Below, one piece after another: positions 29,879-43,700 of a stretch of DNA of 64,000 nucleotides. Each line of letters starts with the position of its first letter. The stretch's first letter is position 1. The position numbers and the translations under genes are program-made. The notes under the pieces were generated by a model. That model had not been told where the DNA came from. It did not search any database and worked only from the letters and a program-made list of their open reading frames with translations. Source of the DNA: Eledone cirrhosa (Eukaryota); NCBI GenBank assembly GCA_964016885.1, contig OZ024743.1, positions 26,660,001-26,724,000 on the forward strand. Reading direction: 5' to 3'.

Positions 29879-30088
29879 TTAACCCTTTAGCAATTACATT
29901 ACTCTATATATACTATTGTATTTTTGTGGTAAAGGCTTTATCTTACATAATATCGAATCTATGAGATTTTGATATCATTTATTTTGAGAACAATACCTTA
30001 ACATAAGTATGAGTGACCAGTTGCAGTCAAGTGAAAGAGGTGAGAGAATTCTGGCTGGATACGGCCGGTTTAAATGCTAAAGGGTTAA
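29879..30088 (+). mobile_element. piggyBac-type MITE family 1
   Basis: TTAA-CCCTTTAGCA...TGCTAAAGGG-TTAA. Confidence 0.9.
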
Positions 30089-32076
30089 AATACAGTATAG
30101 CACTACACAGAATTCAGGCTTATATTCAGATAACTGGAAGCTCTATATTATTGAGAATGCTCTGTTGATAATCAAGAATTAATATTAGGTCTATTTTTTA
30201 CTAATTATTAGCACTTGAAATTAATAATCAATTATATATTTATAAATTAAACTGCATTCAATAACATATGGTAAAATGGTAGGAATTTGACAGAATAATG
30301 GGTTTTGGTAAGGTTTGGAGTCAAACATTCATTATAGCTGAAGCAGCTTAAAATACAACAATTTACATTTTAGCAGAAATATTAACTGAAATTTTTCAAT
30401 AATAGATATTCTAATTAGAATGAGGTAAACTATTTATTTCAAATATTTGTATTATGTTTAGTAAAATTTGACTTTTTTAATATATTTTCTAAAGTTTTGA
30501 TGAAAATACAACTATTATAAGATATAAAAAGTTGTTGAAGTTTTTAATATATGAACAAATTTAATTAATATATTAGTAATTAATTGAATTAAATAAAAAC
30601 AAAGAGTAAATCTTCATCAATTTAAATGTATATTTATATATATATATCTTATATAATCTTCCACTTGATATTCATTGACATTGTTAAAAGTTCTGCTTGT
30701 CTGAATTTGTGAATCATATATCATCTCAAAATAAAGCCACTTCATATTCTGTCTTATCTTGAAAGCCTTATCATAAATAATTTTATCCAATATTTCACTG
30801 GAACTCTTTATCAGTTTATTATTTGTTGCAATCACTAACCTGCATCAATCTAAGCTAATGATTAATCAACTAAAAAAACAAACAAAAACAATGCAAGGAT
30901 ACTAGTGGTGATAAATGTCAGCAGACAATCAATAAAATTGAGATTTTCATCCAGACTGTATTTGAATTATCACCTGAGCATGACACTTCAGTTATTTCCC
31001 ACCCAAATCGTCTGAACCATATCCTCTATTTAATACACTGCACCTTTAGTTCCAATTTATTTTATCTAACTTGAACTTATCTATCAAATTCATATAAACT
31101 ATGCCTGCGGAATTGTCAAACTTTCCATAATAGTTGCATGTTTATTATTGGCATATACAATCGACTTTCTAATACATCTATTATATAATTAAAATGTACC
31201 AAAATATTTTTATGACATTGTTTTACTATAGATTTTGCCTCAATTAATACATTACAATCCTTACATACAGAAAGAAGGCAGCTAAAATATGTTATTCACT
31301 GATATTAAAAACTTTGTGGCTGTAGTTCTTTGAGATGATTCAATTAAGAAATATGTTCCCGAATTTAAGTTCTTAAAACAGCCATACCTATGCTTATTGG
31401 TATAAATGTGGAGAGATATTTGACAATTACCTCCCTCAACATATATTTTCTGAAATATGAGTATCACATTTTCTGGGAATTGGGTTGTTGTGACAAACAT
31501 TAGTAGTTGAGTCTGTAATCTTTATTCCTTTCAGAGTTGGGAGCTGATGTCTAAGGGGAAGTGTTGGGATGGCAATCTTCATGGATTGTCAGGTCAATTA
31601 AATGCTGGTCACTTGGCTTGCCACACCAAGTTGAAACTAATCATAAAATAAGCCTTAGCCAGAATTAATATACCCTCAATTCTGGAGCCAGGGAAAAAGG
31701 CCCAATGGACTTACTCTTGGCTTTGGGTTAGAGGTAAAAGTCTTAGATGGGATGCTACTATCAGGTACTCTTTTGTTCTTCCTCACATCTTAGATGCTGT
31801 GGTGGTGCTGGGGATCACTGCATCCATTGCCAAATGAAATAAATGACTAAAATACAAAGATTCATCGATAAATTACATTTTTTAGCTTGTAGTGTTCGAG
31901 ATAGTCAGTGGCATGCTGGCAATGAAGCTTTTGGTTGTGTAGTTAAGAAATTTACTTTGCAGCTATGGGTTTGATCCTACAATGCAACACTTTTAGGCAG
32001 TGTCTTCAGGTTGACAAACACATTGAGAGTGGAATTTAGTCACTGGAAACTGTGGATGTCTGTCTCTCTCTCTCTC

Positions 32077-32120
<44 letters not shown>

Positions 32121-32309
32121 GTATCTCCTCCAAAGAGATGGTCTTGGATGAAACCAACAGGAAATATTTGTTTGATTTCCCAACTTGCCATCAAAATGGT
32201 TTAAGCTTAACTGCTAGGCTCCTTATCCTATAATAATATCTACACTTTACTTTCCTTAAGTATGGAGTATTAAACTGAACAATCATCTTATTAGTCTTAA
32301 CAAATAACA

Positions 32310-32360
<51 letters not shown>

Positions 32361-32979
32361 TATGGATGCATATGTCTTTTACTAATGTATGTTAGGGAAG
32401 GATGTAAAACATTGGTGAGACAAACAAATAACTAATGTTTTTCAAATAAAGTATCTTGCATATTCAGTGTTAGCAGCAGGTCAAATTATTTAACAGAATT
32501 GTTGGAGTAATTACTTTAATTCTGTCCTAACCATTCCTACTGAGTAGTGAAAGTTACTGATTTTTTCCATTATACCTGTTAAAATAACATATCTTATTTG
32601 ATTGAATTTATCACCTGTTGGCTAATAGTCTATTTCACAGCTATTTTACAGCAAATAGAAATTAAGTTAATCTTTATTCATTAAAAAAAATGTTTATTAC
32701 AATTTCATTAGTTTTGAATTTATTTTGCATTTTAAGAATAATAATATATCCTAAAATATAAGATATAATTTCATTTGCCCTCACTTAAATTTTCAGAAAA
32801 CTGACATTTAGGTAGTTTAAAATTTATGATGATAATAAAATGGAAGGATTTTGCATGCGCTGGCAAAATGTTTGGTAGTAACATGCAATTAGAAAACATT
32901 TGGTGCATAATTGAATGTTTGCATCCAAAGCGGAAGCTAGAAGCAATAAAACAAAAATGAGTTAGTCTTTAATTCTTAC

Positions 32980-33052
32980 CAAACTCCTCTAGTACAAATA
33001 TGCCTCCTTTCTGTGTGAAACATTTCTTGACACGACATAGCTCAATAAAGAA
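32980..33052 (-). CDS. MADD: MADD exon I (FFIELCRVKKCFTQKGGIFVLEEF)
   Basis: tttcag acceptor, gtaaga donor; 73 nt, phase 0 to 1; resembles the MADD FIEL..IKKC....G.FVLEEF motif. Confidence 0.95.
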
Positions 33053-33689
33053 CTGAAAATAAAAACGAAGCAACTTAAAGCTGTTGATTCACAAAAGTAT
33101 ACCACTTGTGGACAAAGAGGATAAGTGGCTCACATAGACTAACTAAACTGAACAAAATAATAGCTCTACAAACTACATAAAAGCAATATATATCTGGCAG
33201 ATGCAAATGAAAGGGAAAAAGAGGTGCCAGGGTAAAAATTTATTTAATCACCATCCTGACCCGATTTTAGTGAATTTAATTCAAAATCTATATTCAGTAT
33301 ATTTTGCTGAATATAGGATTTTATCAAATAGATGCTTATATAAAATTTTTCCTGACAGTTTGCAAAGTGCTAGTAAAGCAATCACAACTTATAAACATTG
33401 ATTCCACTCAGGTGTAAAATAAGCATACTGACAGCATACCAAAGTAAAATAAACACGCACAAAAAAAAAAAAAAAAAGCATAAAGAGGGCAAGCACTAGT
33501 TTGAAACAAAAAAACGATTTTCAGTAAGAATTGTGTCCATACATATAACAATCCAAATAAATGTCTCTATAAATTTATAAAAGAAATGGGAGATAATGTA
33601 TACTAGAAGCAAAAATGTGTAGAGTAAAAAGAAAGGGTAAGTGGTGGAGTGAAGAGGATCTACAAGTGACAGACACCATAAGCCATTAC

Positions 33690-33698
33690 CTCAAAATC
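33690..33698 (-). CDS. MADD: 9-nt microexon GATTTTGAG (DFE)
   Basis: Long AG-free pyrimidine tract with TGC motifs, ggcag|GATTTTGAG|gtaatg; frame preserving between NSK and FFIEL. Confidence 0.8.
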
Positions 33699-34251
33699 CT
33701 GCCCCCAGCAGCCGATACAGCAGGATGAAGAGAGAGAAAGAGAGAAAAAAAGATAACATGTTAACCGGCATATTAGCAACAACATTAGCTGCAATAATAC
33801 AGTAACGTAAGCCCAGGTTATTAAGATGCTTATATCTTTCTTCGGATTTTCAAAAAACAAAACATCAATTGACAATAAAACAAAACATATACAGAATTGA
33901 AAGCATTATTGAATGCAAACTGTTTTTAAAATCAATAGCATTGATTCAACAGAAAGCATTTGAACACCTTAATCATAGAAACATCTAACATCTTAAAAAA
34001 ATATGTGAAATGATTTAGCAATAATTCGAAGTTTTTTTCATGCTAGAATTCACAAAAAAATCTAAATAATATTTCTTTGCCATGATGTAAACGATATATA
34101 TTTTCTTTAATGAGCCAAATGACTGTTTATAATTATGTAATCTATAAAAAAGTTCAAGTGTAATAAAACAGATGTTGGACTTATATACACATAACGAGAT
34201 CAAAGAAAACCTTGACTAATGTATAATAGGATATATTAGTTAAAAACATAC

Positions 34252-34256
34252 CTCAT
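34252..34256 (-). CDS. MADD: Candidate 5-nt microexon ATGAG (completes N, then E)
   Basis: ttttcttacatcatag|ATGAG|gtatgt; phase 1 to 0; 16+5=21 nt. Confidence 0.5.
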
Positions 34257-34988
34257 CTATGATGTAAGAAAATTTTCAATCAATTGATCTCCTTGGAGTT
34301 ATCTCCCTTGCTTCTAGTTTTTAGATTTGTATGTTTTGAATAATCTTAGTTGACTGAAGTTTTTCAATTCACTATATTATATGTGAAACTCTACTGTATT
34401 AGAATTTAGAAGTCTTCCCTGAGGTATTTGTTTCAGCCCTATTGATGATATTCATAATCAGCATCACTACATTCCTTCTATTTCAGTATATATTGATTAC
34501 TTTTAGTTTTGCCAACTTAATAGAATATGTTTTGTTTAGAAGGTTGAGTAAGATTGAAACAAGTCCATTGTTTAGATTTTGAATACTCCTAAAGAAAATA
34601 TTTGTATACCTTTTACATGGATAATATAATTTGATCAAAGATTTTCAACTCACTATATTTCATATACGAGACCATATTGAATATGACATTGCAGCTTTGT
34701 TACATAGATTACTTTAATTTGCATTTTATACAATCTTTTAAATAGATACTCAATCCATTACATATATAGATATCTGTTTAAAACAAATGCTGAGATAAAC
34801 CTTATTATGAATGGCAAACACTCAAAAGCTAGATATTACTATAGAAATAAATGATTAACAAGAAAATGATTTTTAATGAAAAACAGTAATATTGAAGAAA
34901 ATAAATATAAAAATATGAAATGGGAGCGAAAAAATATGAAATGGGATATAAGATACAAAATTAAACTATTTTTATATATGATATCAGA

Positions 34989-35243
34989 TTAACCCTTTTG
35001 ATACCAAATGATATGAAACCGCCCTTGGATCAATGATACAAAACTGTTTCAACTGTTCATATTTATCTAAAGTTCTTTCATCATAATTTTATGTAAGAAT
35101 CTTTGTTAATTTCCAAACAACTTTTTAATAATGAGAAAGTTAGTTATTCTACTAAATTACTTCAAAATGATTTTTATGTTTCAAAATTATTTTAAAATGA
35201 TAGGCAGTATCTTTTCTGAGAACTATGGTAATGAAAGGGTTAA
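34989..35243 (+). mobile_element. piggyBac-type MITE family 2
   Basis: TTAA-CCCTTTTGATACC...GGTAATGAAAGGG-TTAA. Confidence 0.8.
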
Positions 35244-36344
35244 AATATTTTTATATTTAATTAATATTTAAATCGTTTGTAGACAAGAGAATAATTTAGG
35301 TGAAAGTAGCATAGAGTTGAATATAGGTTAAATGCTACAGATTCTGCTTTAAAGCAATTTGTTTTTATAGTTAGCTATTTCAATGTAGACTAACAAAAAA
35401 TGAGTATTAAATATTTGATGGGAATTGAAAATAAAAAAAACAGCAATAAATCAAAACAATATTGTTATAAAACCACACACATGAGTTGAAAAGGGAGAAC
35501 TATACATTTTATATTATCAATATTGGGAAATATGAACAACACATTTAAAGAGATTATATAGGAGGACAATGGCTGAGTTAGTAATGATTATAAGGCCACT
35601 AAGTTGTAGTCTACAAAAAAGCTAAAATTATTTTCTTTACTATAATAGAAAACAACACCCAATTTACAGTCCAATTTTTAGCTGGTTGTGACATATTCAA
35701 CCATATTATATCACTTACTACAACTAGTCTTTTCAATTCTTCAAATCCTCTTTGCAAAATAAAACCTTTTCAAATCAACCCAACCAAAATTGGCTCTAAT
35801 TCCATGAAACAAAGCTACTCATTTTAAAGGATTCCTATTTATATGTCACTAAAGGGTTTCTATTTTATATGTCACTATCTTAGTAAGGAAATAATTAATA
35901 ATTTCAGTAAAACCCCCAAAATTATTCATTAATTCATTGAAATACAGTTTATTTCATTAGAAATATGGTCATAAAAAGGTTAAACATATTTTAAGAAAAT
36001 TTATAAATTTCTAATAATGGCAACAGACACCTAAAACCATAGATTTTTTTTATTAAGAGTAATGTAAGTAATTGAAGATAACACATGCTGTCAAGGACAC
36101 CAACTATCTAAAACATTATTCATATGAAGGATAACACAACTGTATAACATTTAGTTTATAAAGCAGGTGAAAGAAACAATACTGTCATCCAATGTTAAGT
36201 ATATTCAAAATAATCAACTTTTCCTATTTTTTAAAAACTAAAACACACTACTTCTATAGTTTTACAATTTTCTCATTAATGTATCATTCCTTTCTGAATA
36301 TCTTTACCATCATACTGACATTAAACAAATATTAGTCTGTGGCA

Positions 36345-36609
36345 TTAATCTTTTTGATACCAAGCCACCTGAAACTGATGCTGGTTCTACAATTAAAAAT
36401 ATGTTTAATTTGAAGTGTTTGTCTAAAACCTTTCCATCATAATTTTATCTAAAAAACCTTTGTTAAATTATGTTGCAAACACTAACTTAGCAACAACAAC
36501 AAAAAATTAGTTATATTACCAAATCCTTCCAAATTCTTCATTGTTTTCAAAGTTATTTGAAAATCATAGATCTTGTCTTTCATTAGAAATATAGTAATGA
36601 AAGAGTTAA
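36345..36609 (+). mobile_element. MITE family 2, older copy
   Basis: Internal similarity to 34989-35243, TTAA ends; further decayed copies near 35700-35983, 38465-38710 and 44837-45070. Confidence 0.7.
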
Positions 36610-39189
36610 AGGCTTGTACTGCCAAGCCAAAGATCAAATTCAAACTTTAGTTGAAGATCGAGGCATATTAAACTGTTTAATGGAATTATTTAATTTCAAA
36701 ACAATTATATTTTTCTATGACAACAAATATATCACATCTTTGAAGGAGTTGTAGGGGCACTGTAGTAATATACAGTGTGTCTTGAGTATTTAAGGCTAAT
36801 GGAGCCTATCCCTCTCCAGGTCAGAACACAGCCAATTTCTTAAAGAGAAAGAGAAGAAGAATCAACTCCAGTGCAAGACATGTATTCTATTTATAAACCT
36901 CAAAAGGATGAAAGACAAAGGTGATCTTGGTGGAATTGAACTCAAAGCACAGAGAACATGAATTAATACAGCAAAGCATTCTCTCCATCATTCCAATGAC
37001 TTTCAATTTGCAGCTTTCTGTATATTTACTTAATATCTTCAATGAAGTAGAAACATAAAAAAATATTAGTCATCAATTAATATTGTTTTAGTTTCACTGG
37101 ATCTTTTATTGTACTTTACCATTTTAATGTTGTACACATTAAACAAGTTGATGCTATTTATCTAAATATCAATATGATGAATGATAAGTACAATTTCCAT
37201 TTTAATTTAGAGGTTAGCATTAGAATTAAAATACAGTTATAAAAAGCTCTTGTATGGTTGAGTCAAGTAAAGGTTCAGAACCTATGTAAACTAATCAAAT
37301 ATTAGTTTGATGTAAAAAGTGAATTCTAATGTGTTGAACTAATGTTTGCTGACACAGGCCACAGTCACCAATCTCCTGAATTTTACAGTTTAATTTTGTT
37401 TACTACCCTGCATTAGTTTTGTATAATCATTTTCTACCTTTTTAATTACTCCTTCTTTATTAATAATGGTACTGCTGTATCAGAAAATTCATATACACAG
37501 AAACTACGCTACTGACAGACAAGGAGGTAGTGAAAAATAAATAGGATAGACTGCTATATTCTTGAATAATGGACATAACTAAATAGGTGGATATCTAGAA
37601 ATAGGGTTTGTTAACCACAATATCAAACTACAATTCAGATATCAATCAGTACTTTAAAAACAAATAACAAATATTCTGGCACTGATGATTTCTTCCTTTG
37701 TTTTTATACTGGTTGCAACATCTTAGTATGATTTGTAATGACCATTTAGATCGATCACTAGGTTCTTTGTGTAATACTTTCTCCTCATGGGAGTTGAGAA
37801 GCTTTTGAGTAACATTACACTACCTTGTACAACCACTTTACAACATCATAACCACATTGCATATCTACAACAATGAGCCAGCACTAGGCTCCTTGCCAGG
37901 CTTTGATGCTTGGCAGGAGGGAGAGAGGAGGGGGGAGTCTTCAGAATCTTCTGGGTAGTCACTCTAATTTGCAATAATCTTTCAGAATAAGCATAACACA
38001 GTAAATCTAAATTAGAGGAGGCACCATTGAAAAGTAGTGGACCATGCTATCAAGTGCCCTCCCCTCCTTGGTGAATACTAAAATACTACTTTGTACTCTA
38101 ACTGCACACCAAAAACACTACACTGCGCATAAACAACACTATACTGTATACCAAAAACATTACACTGTACACAAATGAAGCTACATTGCACATCAACACT
38201 ACACCACACACCAACACTTTTTACATTATAAATGGTATGTGACCAATTCTAAGAAAACTTATAGAAACCTGGACACCCCTATCAAAAGACAAAAATGGTT
38301 CATATTTCTCATGAAGGTTATAATATACTTTACCTTTTGTCTAATCTCCACTAATGATATACAATAGGCACATATAAAGATATGATCAATCAAGAAATTC
38401 TCATTAAATTTCCATCTTTGGCTCTATAATTTAAATGCTCTGTCTACCATGGTGTATAGCTGTATCCCTTTTGATGTTAAACTGCCTGAAACCAACCCTG
38501 GTTCTATGATACTATGCTTTTTATTCTAAACTGTTTAAATTTGTGTTTAAATCCTTCCATCCAATTTTAAGTAAGAAACTTTATGTTTCAAACACCAACT
38601 TAATAATGAAAAAGTTATTTTACTAAATCCTTCCAAATTCTGGATTATTCTTAAAATTATTCGAAATACACAGGCAGAGTATTTCCTTAAAAACATGGTA
38701 AGGAAAGGGGCAAGTATAGCATTTGAAATCTACTCAGGAGGAGGAACTAAATGCTTATTAAATGAATTACTGAAAATAGCCATTGATGTTCAAATGTGGA
38801 TGCACCATAGCCAAATAGCTAAGAAGATCACTTAACATGATCGATCCTACTTTAATAATAGCTTAAGGTCAACTCAAGCATTGTGAGTGAAATTAGCAAG
38901 ACGAAAACTGTCTAGGATATGTTGCTTGGATTAAATATGCAATTCAGAGGTTAAGCTTTGTCACACTCTGTGCTATGCTGATTCTTCCTGAGGATTACAT
39001 TAAGGATACATATGTACATGGAATACATACATGCTAATTCAAAAAACAAATAGTTGATCAAATAAGTGAATACTCAATGTCAAAATATACATAGATGCAT
39101 TTGCTTAATTTACTACAACTATTGAATTCATGCCACGCATGGTTGGTTTTTGATGCTAATGATCAAGTTCTCTAATATGTCGACTGCCT

Positions 39190-39375
39190 CTTGGTCCCAG
39201 CTGATGGGATGGAGAAGACATTACCCCAGAGGATCATGAGGGAAATGCGCTGGAATAGTCACTCCACCTCAAAGGACTCGCACCTGCAGGCAGCCAACTC
39301 CGCTCTGATAGTAGTGAGCAGGGATGTGATCCGAGGGCCAAGAACACCAGAGGTCTCTACTATTGTATTAGCTTA
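39190..39375 (-). mobile_element. CRE-like RLE non-LTR retrotransposon C-terminal remnant
   Basis: Minus-strand translation IVETSGVLGPRITSLL...LFQRISLMILWGNVFSI resembles the VET.G..G...QR.S...RGN terminus. Confidence 0.55.
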
Positions 39376-40173
39376 GTCCTACATTAACATTTCAGCCTTC
39401 CAAGCTTGGTCATATAGAGGTGTGGTGCACAAAACAAGGAAGGAAAACAAATTAACCCAAATAAGTGCACACTTGACCTTCTAACAAAGTTTTCTGAGGG
39501 TGAACAGAGATAAGAGTAAGGTGGAAGCACTAACTGCAGATTGATATATGTGGCTTGTATAAACCATTCCATGTATAGAAGAACATAGAGCTTTTAAGAC
39601 ATTGATTACATCTTAAAATTGATAAAATACAATTCCCTGTTAAGTTGGTTTCCACTTTTTTGGGCCATTACTGAGATGCATTTTAAGATCATAGGAATCC
39701 ATTGATTTTATCCTAGGTCTACTGAAAATATTAGTTCCAACACTACTTTTCTACAGCAGCAATCTTCTTGACTAAATTTTTTTATTATTAAATTATTATT
39801 CTATGCATAATTTCTTAGTTACTAATAAAGCATCATAGTGGATCCAAAAATGGTAAAATTAACAAAGACATTGTCTTTCAAGAGACTAAGCTAAGGTTTC
39901 AACTACAAAAGTAGGTAGCATATGCCAACATAGAGGACAAATAAAATATTAATGGAGCTAACCTCACATTTTTATTAATAATCTAACTTAACTTTTCTCA
40001 CACCATCAATATCCCATTTAAACTATTTAATTTCACTATTTAATTTCATTTTATTTAGGCTATTGTCTAATAATCGTTTGCTACTTTTTTAATCTGATCT
40101 GCTTTCTTTGTCATAAAACACCTTAATATTATATGAATTTTAAAATTATATGAATATTTAAATAGAAAACTTA

Positions 40174-40402
40174 TTAACCCTTTAGCATTTACATTATTCT
40201 ATATATACTATTGTATTTTCACAGTAAAGGCTTTATCTTACATAATTATCTCATATGATATCGAATCCATGAGATTTTGATGTTATTTATTTTGAGAACA
40301 ATACCTTAATGTAGGTATGAGCATCCAGATACGTTTGGTTTGAACAGAAAGAGGTGAGATAGTTCTGGCCGGATATGGCCGGTTTAAATGCTAAAGGGTT
40401 AA
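40174..40402 (+). mobile_element. piggyBac-type MITE family 1
   Basis: TTAA-CCCTTTAGCATTTA...TAAATGCTAAAGGG-TTAA. Confidence 0.9.
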
Positions 40403-40763
40403 TGTAAAATATATTATTGTACATGTAATATCTTTGACAGTCAAATAAAACATCTACTCTCAGGGATAACTGTATAATTTATAAAATAGAAAGAGAATTT
40501 AATAGGTAAAATATGAAAGTGAATGAAATGAAATCAGTGCTATGCAAAATTCTATTTGCAGTAACCTATTGAAGGAATATTTTAGTTGTTATTATTCACT
40601 GCAAGAACACTGCATAAGTGCATATAACAGTAATCCCCCTTTAAATAAATCACTAGATAATATTTACTAAGTGAATGACAGGGAGGTTAGCACTTGCATC
40701 CATATACAGTTACAGAAGCATACAAAGGATGTGAAAACAACAACAACAACAAAACATACTCAC

Positions 40764-40779
40764 TCTTAATACGTTGGTT
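40764..40779 (-). CDS. MADD: Candidate 16-nt microexon AACCAACGTATTAAGA (NQRIK + 1 nt)
   Basis: tatttatttttctag|exon|gtgagt; phase 0 to 1; frame completed by the 5-nt microexon. Confidence 0.6.
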
Positions 40780-43700
40780 CTAGAAAAATAAATAATTGAG
40801 CTACTTTAACAGATTTAAAGCATTGTAATTATATGCAATATCTAGCTACATATCACCATTGTGAAAGAGAGAAAAACTTGATTCAGCACCTTAATGTAGA
40901 AGTAATTTCTCTTAAGAATATTTTATATGAAATAGAGTTTATTTTTTTATGGAAAACGATAAGTGAAAATTAAAATTTCTAAAGAGAAGAAATGCATCTT
41001 AAAAGACAAATGTGCTTTTGACAGAGAAGAAAATTTTAAAATACGTTTAACTTCAAATTTTACTTATTTAACATTAATAATAAAGGAGTGCAGTAAGTGA
41101 TTTATACAGAAGTTGGGTGATAATCTTCAGTAATAATAAACTAATTCAAGTGATTAAATTATCAAGTAGTCAAGCATTTATTGTTGTGTATTTTTTAACT
41201 TTATTTAAAGATTAATTAATTCGCTGCATAATTTAGGACATGGGAGGAATCAAATGCTTTAAGGACAATCAGCAATTAGATGGAAGAATTGAAGGATCTT
41301 GAAGACAGAAATGATGAAAACAATTAAGATTTTAAGGTGTTAATATTTAACAGTTAAACACACCAACATAAATATAGGTATTTATTTTGATAAAGAAATC
41401 TAATATTATGTGGAGAGTGTATGTATTAGGAACACAAAAACATTTTGGAATACTAATGACTCATTTAAACTTACAGATTGTTATGTTTAGATAAAGCAGA
41501 GTTATAGTATTTGGATAGTATTTTATGCGAAGATGATGTTAAGGCTCAAGCAAATATGAAGGAGAGAAAAATATTCTATTCTATGCTGTTTTTATTGTCT
41601 CAATGACAGAATATATAAAATTATTAGTATGCAGCAAATAATTGATGATTATTAAACTAATTTATCAACAAGTAATAAAAAGGGTTAAAATGAGGAAATT
41701 TAGATGAATATACACTTTCAACTTTATTGAAGACACATTAGAAATATTGATACAAGAAACATTAAAATAGAGAAATTTATTGTTTCTTACTGTATTAATA
41801 GTATCAATAGAAATACAATTGGCTGATTATTTATAGAAAACATTTGTAGTCGTAAAGGGTGAAAACAGAAGAGCTGATGTCTTGGGATTCATTTTGCATC
41901 TTCATTATTTATGTTGATTATTTATGTTGATCTTATAGTTCTTAAAAACTAACTAAGAGTGAAATAAATTTACATATCCACTCTAAGTGGATCTATTTAT
42001 AGTAAATATTAGCGGTTACAATAAAAACAACTTATTTGAAAACAGAAAGGCAGTAGATATGACAGTAGATTTGAAGCTTGATATGATAAAAACAAAAGAT
42101 AAAAATATATGCCTAAAATGATTATATTAATTCAGACTCATCTCATTATAGTTTAAATAATATTTATAGCATTAAGCTTAACAGTGAGTTACTGATTTAT
42201 AAAGCCCAAAATGTAAACAGCTAAGTGGTTTTTTAGCAAAAAAAAAAAAAAAAAAAAAAAATGTTTCATAAAAGTATTTCAATGTAATATATATATAAAA
42301 ATAATTATATGTAGATATGACTAATATAATAAGAAATAGAGACTCCCAAAGATGGGTGCCTTACAGACAAGACATTGTTGACAACAAATTAGAGGTGTGA
42401 TTAAAAGTACTTCCAGAAGAAAACCAAATATCACAAACAACAGTTATTGACAATTCAAGATAAAAAAAGTATCAAATACTAATGCTTTCAAAATGTAGAC
42501 AGAAATGAATCTTTTTATTTTCAATTTATTCCATTAAGTTTTTACAAAGAATTTTAAACATGAACATGGAACATTGAAGGTGGATAATTGACAGCAAATA
42601 TGGATAATTAAGAAAACTGAAGGAAGTCAGAAAAAGTTATGGCCAGTATCAATGATATTTCATCAAGGAAACAGTTATTTGCTTGAATGTTATTTTATTG
42701 TATACCAAGTCTTAAATAGTTGTTTTCCAACAAATAACTAAGTAAATCTTTCTTCACTCATTATACTATAAGAATGTACTCTAATAATCTGAAAAGAGGA
42801 AATAGAGCAACCTTGTTCTCAGAGGCCCTCCAGGAACTGATGGTTGACATTGTTACGATTACTGTTTAGTATACACTAGTAGGGGCTAATATTTAAAAGA
42901 AAGAATGAAAGAAGCTCTTGAAGAGTGTAGTTCCAGAAAAAGAAGGAGACAAAGCGACAAGGTAAGATTTATTTAGATAGAGGTAGTACATAAACAAACA
43001 AGTTTAGGGGTACAAAACCATTGCAGTACTTATAGAAAGCGTAAGAGTAATAAGGTGCTACATTTGTCCAGGAAGTGAAGGTATTTTGGTGGTGTTGTAA
43101 TGAGGATGAAACTAAAATCAATATTTTGTTAATTTATTTGTATATTTGTTTTAATAACAACATTGTCCTAAAATAATAAAAAAATTACTTACAAGCTCAC
43201 ATTGCATGCATATTTTCACAGGGTTTTACAGTATATTCACTTTCTCACAATCACAGTTTATATAACTTTTTCCAAATGTTAGCATGTTTTGATGGGTGTA
43301 AATATTTAAAATTTTGCATGTGAATCAAGTCTATCACTAAGATTGTGTTCTGAATGCCAATAGATTCACTATAATATTGGACTGTAAGCTGTAAACAAAT
43401 TAGTTAAATTCTTGCAGAGTTGAGTAAAGTGTCCTGTCAAACACCATTACAAAATAACCCTTAATTTACTCTATGGTTAGCTTCTAAACATTCCAACCAC
43501 ATTTCAATGTGTTTTGATTAACATTTGTGATATCACCATCACAGATTTATCCTGTTTTCCACATTGGCATGAGTTGGATGGATCATCATATTCTGAGACT
43601 AGACTGGTCAGATGACCACATCTTACTTATACATTCCAATTTGGCATGATTTCAATGACTGAATACCCTTCCCAATGCCAACCATTTTACAGTGTGCACT

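Noticed and set aside
38334-38350. Possible extra microexon (ACAAAAG|gtaaag)
   Set aside because: Poor acceptor context and weak donor; expected by chance in AT-rich DNA.
43189-43270. gtaagt donor with a Cys-containing upstream sequence in the H-I intron
   Set aside because: Stops in all three frames from the nearest upstream acceptor considered, and no pyrimidine tract.
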